NCBI GenBank assembly: GCA_038209745.1
Contig: JBBQXJ010000005.1
Coordinates: forward strand, 1-64,000
DNA length: 64,000 nt
Source of the DNA: Verrucomicrobiota bacterium
Lineage (GTDB): Bacteria; Verrucomicrobiota; Verrucomicrobiia; Limisphaerales; CANJSG01
Direction: 5' to 3'
A program made the position numbers and the translations under genes. This document shows positions 1 through 8,979 of the stretch, in pieces; within the stretch, counting starts at the first letter, position 1; each line of letters starts with the position of its first letter. The notes beneath the pieces were generated by a model. The model had not been told where the DNA came from and ran no database searches. It saw only the letters and a list, made by a program, of their open reading frames with translations.

Positions 1-64
1 CCCGCCGCGTGGTCTTCTTCTTCGCCATGAACTCCGCCTCCGCGAAACTCCTCTGTGCTTCCAT
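1..64 (-). CDS. IS5-family transposase, N-terminal fragment (partial at window edge)
   Basis: ATG at 64-62 gives MEAQRSFAEAEFMAKKKTTRR... Confidence 0.75.
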   Translation of the reverse strand, partial: MEAQRSFAEAEFMAKKKTTRR

Positions 65-138
65 GCCCACCATCCTCCCCCAACGCTCCTCCCGCGTCAG
101 CTCGCTTTCCGTGGGAGCGCGATTAAATCAGCGGTTCC
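1..138 (-). mobile_element. Left end of an IS5-family (IS5 subgroup) insertion sequence, running off the window edge
   Basis: The minus strand reads TTAG|GGAACCGCTGATTTAATC, a YTAR target (139-142) followed by an IS5-type terminal IR. The ORF from 64 reads MEAQRSFAEAEFMAKKKTTRR, matching the typical IS5 transposase N-terminus (Q.SFA.AE...K.K.TRR). Confidence 0.8.
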
Positions 139-937
139 CTAAGTCGGGTATCGGTGGATAGGGAGGATTCGCCCGGCTGAACCGCGCGCCCCACACCACC
201 ACGGAACCATTGGTCTTCAAGGCCAGTGAGTGATCGCGACCGGCGGCAATGGCGACGACGCCGGAGCGGGCGGCCAACGGAACAACGGATTGGCTTTCAT
301 CACGGCCTCCAATTGAGTACGCGACTTCGTTGGTGCCGGCCCCCCAAGCGATCACTTCGCCTTCGCGGGTCAGGGCGAGCGTGTGAAACCATCCCGCAGC
401 AATGGCCGTGATTCCGTTCAGCGCGGTCTCGGGCACTTCGGTTTGCCTGCTGCTGTTGTCTCCCCAGACCACGACCATTCCATTCGTGGTCAGTGCCACG
501 GTATGCAAGTAGCCGGCGGCACCCGCTTGCACTTTGTTTTTCAGCGACTCCGGCACATCAGTCTGCCCGAACTCATCTCTACCCCACGCCACCAGAGTTC
601 CGTCGGTTTTGAGAGCCAAAGAATGTCCGGGACCTGCCGCGACGGACTTGACTCCGGTCCGGGCGGGATCAGGAACGGTTGCCTGCCCGTTCGCATTGTA
701 GCCCCACGCAATGACCGTTCCGTCTGTTTTCAACGCAACGATGTGGCCAACACCGGCGGCGATCTCGGCGACTCCTTGCTGCGCCGCGATCGGCGGACTC
801 AACTCCGGATTCAAGTTGGTGTCGCCGTTTACAACCACTCCCCCGGCGCTGCCGGCCATGGAAGGCCAAGGGACGAACGAGAGGAACAAAGCGGTCCAGA
901 TCCACTGCGCCGCAAGCTGCTTCAAATATTGGTTCAT
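128..937 (-). pseudogene. Secreted RCC1-repeat protein, truncated by the IS5 insertion
   Basis: Signal-like N-terminus and about 5 RCC1 repeats (IAAG.xH..ALK.DGTV.AWG.N..GQ..VP). The stop codon lies inside the IS inverted repeat. Confidence 0.75.
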
Positions 938-1098
938 AACGACTCCTTGGTGGAACGCAGGCGTCATGTATCGCCCAAATGAAGCACGGCCCGGTTCCAT
1001 TGTTGAATAACGCAAATGGGCTGCCTTTTCCCGGTTAGGGTCAACCGTTCCCTTCGCCTTCGATCTGTGCTTCCGGCCGCTCATCGGAGTAACTCCGC

Positions 1099-1121
1099 GT
1101 AGCGGCGAATGGGAGTTCGCC
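1099..1121 (+). repeat. GTAG-type REP palindrome upstream of the RAYT
   Basis: GTAGCGGCGAATGGGAGTTCGCC, with hairpin GGCGAA...TTCGCC. Confidence 0.85.
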
Positions 1122-1142
1122 CCCCCTCCCTCTCCTCCCGCC

Positions 1143-1754
1143 ATGCCCGAGCCGTTCATTCCGCCGCGCTCGTCCATGCATCATCTGCCTCGGTTGGGGC
1201 CGGAGTTCTACCAGGGATTCGCCGCCGTTTTCTGGACGATCTCGCTGGAGCGCCGGGCCACCGGTTGGCTGGATGACGGGTTCCACTCCCTCTCGCGGGA
1301 GCTGCTGCTCCACGCCGCCGCACGCGAAGGACTGGTTTGCCCCACCTACGTCCTGATGCCGGACCATCTGCATCTCGTCTGGCTCGGCCTCCGTCAATCC
1401 TCGGACCAGCTCAAGGCCATGAGGTTTCTGCGGACGCATCTGCCGCGAGAACTGGCGACAAAGGGAAAGCCCGGTCAATTCGAGCTGCAGAAGCAGTCGC
1501 ACGACCGGGTGCTACGGGAGGAGGAACGGGCGCAAGGGGCAATGTCCAAGGCGTGTTTCTACGTGTTGGACAATCCGCGTCGAGCGGGCTTGGTGGAGCA
1601 CCCCAAGGACTGGCCGCACCTGGACGCGATGGTGCTTGGCTATCCGAATCTCCATCCACTGGAGGAGGAGTTTTGGCCGGAGTTCTGGAAGCTGTATTGG
1701 CGGCTGCGGGAAGAGCTGCCCGATCAACAGAAGCCGCCCGACCCAACCTCGTAG
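1143..1754 (+). CDS. REP-associated tyrosine transposase (RAYT, Y1 HUH)
   Basis: HUH motif MPDHLH, C-terminal Y..DNP.RAGLV..P.DWP motif, and flanking GTAG REPs. Confidence 0.88.
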   Translation: MPEPFIPPRSSMHHLPRLGPEFYQGFAAVFWTISLERRATGWLDDGFHSLSRELLLHAAAREGLVCPTYVLMPDHLHLVWLGLRQSSDQLKAMRFLRTHLPRELATKGKPGQFELQKQSHDRVLREEERAQGAMSKACFYVLDNPRRAGLVEHPKDWPHLDAMVLGYPNLHPLEEEFWPEFWKLYWRLREELPDQQKPPDPTS

Positions 1755-1879
1755 CGGCGAACGGGAGTTCGCCGCCAACTTGTTCCGGAAAACGCATCTC
1801 GCTGGTCGAAGGAAGCCGACCGTCGGAGTCGCCCATTCTCCGCTTCGGATATTTCCGGCGAACTCCCGTTCGCCGCTAC
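1751..1879. repeat. Inverted REP doublet (REPIN)
   Basis: GTAGCGGCGAACGGGAGTTCGCCG at 1751-1774 and its exact reverse complement at 1856-1879. Confidence 0.9.
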
Positions 1880-4800
1880 GGGTTGTTGGGCACGGCGTTC
1901 ACCGTCAGCCAGAGCTGGCTGCGGGAGGTTTTGCCGGCGGCGGTGTCGAGGTTCCATTGCACTTCCATCTGCATGACGGGCGACATGGGGCCGAGGTCGA
2001 GGACGACGGTGCGGCCGTCGGGTTGGAGCTTGGCTGATTTCACGGGCACCTCGTCGCGGCCTTCCTTGGTGGGATCGGTGACGGACCAATCCTTGGAGCC
2101 GTATTGGGCGGCGTAGCGGTAGTTCCACCGTTTCACGCCGTAGCTGCCGACATCCTCGGCGGTGGTGCGGTCGAGCGGTTGGCTGAAGGTCAGACTCAGG
2201 CCATTGGGGAGAACGTGCCAGGCGACGGGCAGCGTGGCGGTCTTGCCGGTCCAGCGGACGCGTTGCAGGGCGCCGTCGCGTGCAGCGCTGGTCTGCCAAC
2301 CGGTGCTGCCGGCGACGTAGAGCGCGCTGTCCCGGGGATTGAAAGTGGCGCGGTTCGGACCGCTGAGGAACTTGGCCGGCAACGTAAAGACCGCGCCCTG
2401 CTCCACGCTCGAATCCGTGTCGCGCAGGACGAGCATCAGGCCGCAACGGCCCCAGAGCAGGTGCAGCATCTGGCCGCCGAGCGGGCTGTCTTCCAGCCGG
2501 AGAGAGTCGGAATTGCCGGGCGGGAGGCCCGGCTTACGGCTAGGAAGCCACACTTGTGACCCGCTGGAATTATCGGCGCGATGAGGAATCCAGCAGAGCG
2601 GCGCGTCGTAGCCGAGGGGGTTTTCGGCGGTGACCTTGGGGCCGGGATAGCCATAGTAGCCGCCTTCGCGGACCTGGCTGATCTGCGACGACGGCGTCCA
2701 TTCTCCCTGCTGCGGCGCGACGGTGACGAGGCCATCGGCGCGGACGCCCAGGCCGTTAGGATTCCGCCAACCGCTGGCGAGGGTGGTCTGGGTGCGGCCA
2801 TCCGGAGAAACGCGATGAACCCCTTTCGGATCCACGTAGTAGAGGTTCCCCGCCGCATCGGTTTCGAGACAGGTGACGTAGTCGTGGCCGCCGGTGGAGG
2901 TGGCGATCGCGTCGTGGAAGTTTTCGTAGAAGTCCGCTTCGCCGTCGCCGTCCTCATCGTGCAGGCGGGTGATGCGGTCGCGGCCGAGGACGAGGACCTG
3001 GCCGTCGACCACCTTCAGTCCGAGGGCTTGAAAGAGGCCCGTGGCGTAGCGCTTCCAGTGGAGTTGTCGGAGAGAATCGTCGATGCCGGTCACCCGCCAG
3101 ACGTCGCCGTGGATGGTGCAGACATAGGCTTCGCCCCGGGTTCCGAAGTCCACGCCGGCGGCGAGCAACAAGGCGTTCCACGGATTGTCGTAGGGCATGG
3201 TGAGCGTATCGACGGCGAGAATGTCGCTGTCCGGCGCGCGCACGCCGACGGTTTCCAGCTCCGGCCAACGGGCGGACGACGGCTTCAGATAGGCGTCGAA
3301 GTCGACGGTCTCCTCGGCGTGCGCCGTCCAGTTGCTGAAGGCGCCGAACTGCTTCGCCTGGCCCCGCCAGATTCGGAACGTGAAGATCTGCGGGCTGGTG
3401 GACGGAGGCAGAGTGATTTCCGTCGTGCCGCCCTTGGCCGAGATGCGGTTGGAAGTGGAGGTGGCCTCGGTGCTGGTGACAGAGAGGGCGGATACTTCGT
3501 CCCCGTTGCGGCTGTCGGTGATGGATCGGCGCTCGCGGACGTCGTCGCCATGTTGGGTCTGGAAGGCGTGGTTGGTGATGTTCGTGCCCCGCAGATGACC
3601 GGAGGCGAGCAGGCTCAACGGCTCGGCGTGGGCGTCGACCCAGAAGGTGCGGGTGAAGACCGGCCCGGCGGAAGGCTGCTCCAGCCAGGGAAACTCCAAC
3701 ACCCGATGGCCGTTGACCCGGCTCTCCAGAACGATGCGGCCATTCCCGCGATGGATGCCGACGAAGCGGAACTCCTGGCCCGGCCACGCGGCGTCGGGCA
3801 AAGCGGTAAAGGCGATGGTGCCCGCCGGCTTCGGGGCACCGATGAGGCCGAAGCGGCCCGGATCGAACTCCAGGAATCCGCCGGTCCACGCGGCGCGGAG
3901 CGCGCCGTTGGCGGTGTCGTAGGCCACGGTGCCGGCATCGTTCTGGCCGACCTTGATCGAGAGCCCCTTGGCAATGGTGCCTTCGGGCAGGGGCAGGTTC
4001 GACGCGAGGAACGGTCCGACGTCGGTCTTCTGCCAACGGCTGTCCACCCAGTCGGCCTCGGTCTGGGAAGCGGCGTCGCGGCCGGAGATCTTCGGAATGC
4101 CGGCCGAGGTGGTGGATTCGGCGGCGAGACGGGCGGCGACTTGTTTCAGGCCGGCGAGATCCTTGGTCAGCTTCACCTCCGCATCTTCGTCGGTGTGGCC
4201 GAGCACGCCGATGGGGCCTTGATAGCCGCTGTCCCGCACGGCGCGGAGGATCGCAAGATCGTCGTCCCCCTGGCCGAACGGGACGATCATCTTCCCGTGT
4301 TGGTCGCCGTCGCGGACCATGCCGTTGAGATTCAGGCAAAGGAGCTGCGGCGCGATCGACTTGAGCAGCGCGGGCAAACGGTCGAGATGGGAGTGGCCGT
4401 GGTGGAGGTTGTAGACGAGGCCGACGTTGGTGCTGCCCAGCTCGGCGAGGCGGGCCTTCACGAGGAGCTCGTTCTCCGGTTCGCCGAACCAACCGCCGTG
4501 GTTGTAGAGACCAATGGTGCTGCCGAGTTCCGCCGCCGCTTCCGCGATCGGCTTCAACTGCCTGGCGGCCGCCTCGACCTTGGCGGCCTGATCCCCCTTG
4601 GGCGCGGGATCGACCAGCATGATCCAGAGTTCGGGGTGGAGCTGGTCGCGGCGGAGGGTGTCGAGAATGGCTTTGGCCTCGGCGTTCAATTCGGCGGGGA
4701 ACCACCAGGCGCGAAGTTCGATCCGATGCTTGGCCAGAGCGACCACCTCAGCGTCGAAGGTGGGGACGTGTTCGGACCGCCAGTCATAGGCGAAGCGTGA

Positions 4801-4986
4801 AACGCCCAGCCGCTCCAACATGGCGGCGCGTTCCTCGGGTCCGCGTTTCTGGCTGTCGAAGGGCACGATGCACCAGGCGACGAGATTGGTCGGGGCGAAG
4901 AGATCGAATGCGGCGCGGGCGGGGACCACGGTCGCAAACAGCAGCAGCCAGACGGCGAGGCGGGAGAGCGGGAGGAGTCGGTGCAC
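1876..4986 (-). CDS. Secreted PVC-type multidomain protein: xylose-isomerase-like TIM barrel, DUF6797-like domain and beta-propeller
   Basis: GTG start with signal peptide (VHRLLPLSRLAVWLLLFATVVPARA); LYNHGGWFGEPEN and YNLHHGH barrel motifs; propeller motifs ATGLFQALGL and ASGWRNPNG. This is the real part of the 1770-aa track ORF. Confidence 0.75.
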   Translation of the reverse strand: MHRLLPLSRLAVWLLLFATVVPARAAFDLFAPTNLVAWCIVPFDSQKRGPEERAAMLERLGVSRFAYDWRSEHVPTFDAEVVALAKHRIELRAWWFPAELNAEAKAILDTLRRDQLHPELWIMLVDPAPKGDQAAKVEAAARQLKPIAEAAAELGSTIGLYNHGGWFGEPENELLVKARLAELGSTNVGLVYNLHHGHSHLDRLPALLKSIAPQLLCLNLNGMVRDGDQHGKMIVPFGQGDDDLAILRAVRDSGYQGPIGVLGHTDEDAEVKLTKDLAGLKQVAARLAAESTTSAGIPKISGRDAASQTEADWVDSRWQKTDVGPFLASNLPLPEGTIAKGLSIKVGQNDAGTVAYDTANGALRAAWTGGFLEFDPGRFGLIGAPKPAGTIAFTALPDAAWPGQEFRFVGIHRGNGRIVLESRVNGHRVLEFPWLEQPSAGPVFTRTFWVDAHAEPLSLLASGHLRGTNITNHAFQTQHGDDVRERRSITDSRNGDEVSALSVTSTEATSTSNRISAKGGTTEITLPPSTSPQIFTFRIWRGQAKQFGAFSNWTAHAEETVDFDAYLKPSSARWPELETVGVRAPDSDILAVDTLTMPYDNPWNALLLAAGVDFGTRGEAYVCTIHGDVWRVTGIDDSLRQLHWKRYATGLFQALGLKVVDGQVLVLGRDRITRLHDEDGDGEADFYENFHDAIATSTGGHDYVTCLETDAAGNLYYVDPKGVHRVSPDGRTQTTLASGWRNPNGLGVRADGLVTVAPQQGEWTPSSQISQVREGGYYGYPGPKVTAENPLGYDAPLCWIPHRADNSSGSQVWLPSRKPGLPPGNSDSLRLEDSPLGGQMLHLLWGRCGLMLVLRDTDSSVEQGAVFTLPAKFLSGPNRATFNPRDSALYVAGSTGWQTSAARDGALQRVRWTGKTATLPVAWHVLPNGLSLTFSQPLDRTTAEDVGSYGVKRWNYRYAAQYGSKDWSVTDPTKEGRDEVPVKSAKLQPDGRTVVLDLGPMSPVMQMEVQWNLDTAAGKTSRSQLWLTVNAVPNNP

Positions 4987-5135
4987 CCCGGCATGACGCC
5001 GGAAGTCGGCCCACGCTTCAAGACGGGTTTGTGAACCTCGGCCGGCCCCGACCCCGCACTCTGCGACTGGGCGCTCCCGGACCCGAGGCGACGACGCCCC
5101 ATCCGGGCGACCGACGCAAGAAATGGGACCCTTCG

Positions 5136-7181
5136 CTATGCCATGCTGGCTCCATCGACCCTGGGTCCGGTGATCGACGGTTCCGGATCGTTCCGGACGG
5201 ACATGTCGTCGACCGTGACGGGCAGGACGAGAAAAGCCAGGCCGAGCTTGTAGAGCCGGCGCTGGAGGCTGAAGACGGTGTAGTTGTGCAGCAGGCGCGT
5301 CAGCCAGGTCTCGTGTTCGAAGACGAGCTGTCCGCCGAAGAAAACCACGTCGCCGTGGGTGCGGTGGATCTCCTGGGCGAGACGCGTGACTTCGCCGACG
5401 ACATCCGTCCCCACCTCGGTGACCACTTCGGCTTCGTGGCCCTGATGGCGCATCCAGGCCACGTAGCGTTCGCCTTCGGCGGCGATGTGCTCGCGGAGGC
5501 GATCGACTTCGGCGGCGCCCTTGAAATTGCCCGCGTCGACCACGCCGACCTGGACGAAGATGTAGCGGCGGAAACTTTCGCCGAAGAGCCGCATGACATG
5601 GAGGAGCGTATGTAGCCCGAGGCCGTTGAAACCATTCACGAGGATCACGGCCGTCTTCCCGCCCGGTCGGCGTGGTTTGACCAGGGCCGGTGGTTCGGCC
5701 AACAGCAGCTCGGCCGCTTCCACGATGGGATCGAGCCGGGCCAGGCCCGCGCGGGTGGCCTGGTAATGGCGCTTCACTCCGAAGGCCACCGCGACCAGGG
5801 CGCCCGTGACGAGCAGGGTGATCCAGCCGCCCTCGTGGAACTTGATCACCGTGAGGATGACGAGGATGGAGGAGGTGACGAGGAGGCCGACGCCGTTGAT
5901 CGCGATCTTCCTTTTCCAGTGAGCCTCGCTGGACCGGCCGTGCCACCAATGAAGGACCATGCCCAGCTGGGACAGGGTGAACGTGATGAAGACGTTGATG
6001 CTGTAGAGGACTACGAGCAGTTCGACCGCGGCATGGGTCCCGAGCAACACCAGGGTCGCGGCGGAACCCATGATCAGGATTCCGTTCATGCTGACGAAGC
6101 GGTCGCTCAGCGCGGTGAACCGGGCCGGAAACCAGCGGTCCAAAGCCATGTTGGCCAGCACCCGGGGGCCATCCAGGAAACCGGCCTGCGCCGCGACGAA
6201 CAACAGGGCCGCGGAGGCGCACAACGAAGTGACGACGAACACATGCCCGGGCAGGCCCCAGCCGGCGGTGATGCGCTCGAACAGAACCGCGTTGAGCGTC
6301 TTGCCGGCAACCGGGCCCACGTGGTGGAGGAGATAGGCCACGAGGAGGCCGGCCACCATGACGGCCAGCGACACCCCCATGTAGAGCATCGTGCGTTTGC
6401 CCGTCTGGACGCGCGGCTCGCGCAGGATCGGCAGACCGTTGCTGACCGCCTCGATGCCCGTGAAAGTGCCGGCGCCCATGCTGAAGGCCCGCAGAAGCAG
6501 CGCCCCCAGGCCGAGCCAGCCCAGCTCCGCGCGGGTGGCCTGAAAGTCTCCCGCCGTGGATGCGGCGATCGAGGGAAGATCCGCCGCGTGCTGGCCGATG
6601 GCCGTGACGATCATCACCAGATGCGTCACCAGGAAGAGGCCGAAGATCGGCACGAAAATGAGAACCGACTCCCGCACGCCCCTCAGGTTCAGCAGGGTGA
6701 GAAGCCCCACGCCGGCGAAGGCCACCGGGAGCTTGAACTGGTGCCATTCCACCGGGAGGAAGCTGAAGATCGCGTCCGCACCGCTGGCGATCGAAATGGC
6801 GATCGTCAGCACGTAGTCGATCAGGAGCGCCGACCCGGAGACCACTCCCGCCGTGGGCGAGAGCAGCTTGGTCGCGACGAGATAGCCGCCACCGCCCGAG
6901 GGGAAGAGCTCGATGATCTGGGAGTAGCTCGCGCAGATCACGAGGATCGTGCCGACGCACATCAGCATGACGATCAGCGAGAGGTGCGGATGTGCCGCGA
7001 GCGCCTTGAAGGTCTCCTCCGGTCCGTAGCACGAGGACGACAAGCCGTCCGCGCCGAGTCCGACCCACGCCAGCAGGGCGACGAGCGAGACTTTGTGGAA
7101 GAGGCCGGAGTCGGACAGGTTCCGCGCGCGGCCGATGGCAAGGTTTCTCAGACGGGTTTGCAGCGATGGATTCTCGTTCAT
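5136..7181 (-). CDS. kimA: APC-family permease, KimA/YdaO-like potassium transporter
   Basis: About 12 TM segments, GADGLSSSCYGPEE (KimA D..SS..Y motif), TGIEAVSNG, soluble C-terminal domain, and an upstream c-di-AMP riboswitch. Confidence 0.8.
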   Translation of the reverse strand: MNENPSLQTRLRNLAIGRARNLSDSGLFHKVSLVALLAWVGLGADGLSSSCYGPEETFKALAAHPHLSLIVMLMCVGTILVICASYSQIIELFPSGGGGYLVATKLLSPTAGVVSGSALLIDYVLTIAISIASGADAIFSFLPVEWHQFKLPVAFAGVGLLTLLNLRGVRESVLIFVPIFGLFLVTHLVMIVTAIGQHAADLPSIAASTAGDFQATRAELGWLGLGALLLRAFSMGAGTFTGIEAVSNGLPILREPRVQTGKRTMLYMGVSLAVMVAGLLVAYLLHHVGPVAGKTLNAVLFERITAGWGLPGHVFVVTSLCASAALLFVAAQAGFLDGPRVLANMALDRWFPARFTALSDRFVSMNGILIMGSAATLVLLGTHAAVELLVVLYSINVFITFTLSQLGMVLHWWHGRSSEAHWKRKIAINGVGLLVTSSILVILTVIKFHEGGWITLLVTGALVAVAFGVKRHYQATRAGLARLDPIVEAAELLLAEPPALVKPRRPGGKTAVILVNGFNGLGLHTLLHVMRLFGESFRRYIFVQVGVVDAGNFKGAAEVDRLREHIAAEGERYVAWMRHQGHEAEVVTEVGTDVVGEVTRLAQEIHRTHGDVVFFGGQLVFEHETWLTRLLHNYTVFSLQRRLYKLGLAFLVLPVTVDDMSVRNDPEPSITGPRVDGASMA

Positions 7182-7296
7182 CAAACAAGGGCGGTGAAAG
7201 CCGCCAAAGACCTACGCCACCAAACCGACGGTGGTTCCGGGTCTGACCTGAATGCGGGAACCGCGGGCTCCGCGAATGCGCGGGCCTGGAGGATTG

Positions 7297-7436
7297 CCCT
7301 TCCCAATGCCGACGAGGTTAGCTGACGGGCTCGGTCTCGGAAGTGACCTTGGCGATGGTTGCCCACCGCCGTTCGCCCCGTCCCGTTCTCCCGGGAATCT
7401 GGGTCCCCCGCGCCGATCCGCAGGAAGGCGGAGCGA
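7297..7436 (-). ncRNA. Cyclic di-AMP (ydaO/yuaA) riboswitch
   Basis: The minus strand has GGCGCGGGGGACCCA...GGGGCGAA...AAGGTCACTTCC..CCGAGCCCGTCAGCTAACCTCGTCGGCATTGGGAAG. These are the conserved ydaO core motifs plus the CTTCC/GGAAG pseudoknot. Confidence 0.9.
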
Positions 7437-7563
7437 CTTAGGCTGCTACTGACGGGCGGATTCCTAGAGCCGCGCCTTTCCCCTGTCAATGGGCGTCCCG
7501 CCGGGGATTCCCGGGCGAATCTCATCTTGCCGGGCATTTCCTTGCCCCCTTAAATCCTTCGAA

Positions 7564-8493
7564 ATGTCGTCCACCGCCACCCGCGCCGGAGCCCGCCGCT
7601 CCGAGCAGAGCTTTGATCTCCAGGCCTACGTAGCCGCCCGCACCGAACAGGTGAACGCGGCGCTCAACCTCTTCCTCCCCACCGAGAAGACCGCGCCCGC
7701 CACCATCCACAAGGCGATGCGCTACTCGCTCTTCGCCGGCGGCAAACGCATGAGGCCCGCCCTCACCCTCGCGGCGGCCGAAGCCTGCGGCGGCGACCTC
7801 TCCGAGGCCATGCCGCTGGCCTGCGCGGTGGAGTGCATCCACACCTACTCCCTGATCCACGACGACTTGCCGGCGATGGACAACGACGACTTCCGCCGGG
7901 GCAAGCCGACGAACCACAAGGTCTTCGGCGAAGGCATCGCGGTGCTGGCGGGCGACGCGCTCTTGACCCAGGCCTTCGAGATCGCCGCGCAATGCCGCAC
8001 CTGGAAGCGCTACGACATGCGGCAGATCATCCTCGAGATCGCCAAGGCGTCCGGCTCGCTCCAGCTCATCGCCGGGCAGGTGGCGGATCTGGAGGGCGAA
8101 GGAAAAACTCTGACGAAGAGGGAGCTGGAATACATCCACGAGCGGAAGACCTCCGCGCTGCTCTGTTGCTCCGTGCGCCTCGGCGGCATGAGCGCGAACT
8201 GCACGCCCAAGCAGCTGGAGGCGTTGACCGAGTTCGGCTACAGCGTGGGGCTGGCCTTCCAGATCATCGACGACATCCTCGACATCACCCAGACGACCGA
8301 GCAGCTCGGCAAGACCGCCGGCAAGGACACCACCGCGCAAAAGGCGACCTACCCGAGCATCGTCGGGCTGGAGAAATCGAAGAAGATCGCCCAGCAACTG
8401 ACCGACCGGGCCTTCCAGGCGCTGACGGTGTTCAAGGGCAAGGCCGTCGCGCTGGAAGGGCTCGCGCAGTATCTGCTGAAGCGGGACCGGTGA
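7564..8493 (+). CDS. ispA: Polyprenyl diphosphate synthase (IspA/CrtE family)
   Basis: GGKRMRP, SLIHDDLPAMDNDDFRRGKPT and FQIIDDILD motifs. Confidence 0.92.
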   Translation: MSSTATRAGARRSEQSFDLQAYVAARTEQVNAALNLFLPTEKTAPATIHKAMRYSLFAGGKRMRPALTLAAAEACGGDLSEAMPLACAVECIHTYSLIHDDLPAMDNDDFRRGKPTNHKVFGEGIAVLAGDALLTQAFEIAAQCRTWKRYDMRQIILEIAKASGSLQLIAGQVADLEGEGKTLTKRELEYIHERKTSALLCCSVRLGGMSANCTPKQLEALTEFGYSVGLAFQIIDDILDITQTTEQLGKTAGKDTTAQKATYPSIVGLEKSKKIAQQLTDRAFQALTVFKGKAVALEGLAQYLLKRDR

Positions 8494-8499
8494 GGGTTG

Positions 8500-8827
8500 G
8501 GAACTCCGAACAGTGGATCGGCCATGATTGGCGCAAGGTCCCGGATCGCCTTGTGGACAAACTCCACCCGGGTCCCGAGGTCGTTGTTTCGTCGCCGCTG
8601 CCAGCCCGGATGTTGGTTCAAACCGGATCCACCGGTGTCGAAACGGTCTCCTCGGACGCGGCCCGGCAGTCGTGCTCACCGAGGATTTGGCCGCGCCGGT
8701 CATCGGCGACCAGGAGCTCTTCTCTCTCCTTGCGGGTCGACCCGCCATGATCGTTCGACCGGTCGGCGAGCCGGCCCGGCTGTTCCTTCCGGGTGAACCG
8801 GCGGACTCTCCTTTCCGTGTGAACTAG
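8500..8827 (+). pseudogene. Frameshifted fragment of a small hypothetical protein
   Basis: Protein-like text in two frames (…PEVVVSSPLPARMLVQTG…, then …VIGDQELFSLLAGRPAMIVR…RVN*), with no clean start. Confidence 0.3.
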
Positions 8828-8979
8828 GACTCAACACGTTGGGTCGACTCGGAGGCGCGGGCTGGAGGGATTGGCGGACAGAGATGCACCTTTGTCTCAG
8901 GAGCAGTTCAAAGGATTGTCACCAGTCTGTGGACAAGGGCGGCTTGTGCTGGGTCGTGCTCGGCTGGGACCGCAACCTG

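Noticed and set aside
1099..1879. Repeats as a CRISPR array
   Set aside because: The copies are few, inverted and irregularly spaced, with GTAG feet and no cas genes. They are REPs.
1876..7188. 1770-aa ORF in the track
   Set aside because: The first ~730 codons are an Arg/Pro-rich alternative frame over the permease. Only 4986-1876 looks coding.
8552..8936. Two TGTGGACAA DnaA-box-like 9-mers
   Set aside because: They are isolated, about 375 bp apart, with no AT-rich unwinding element.
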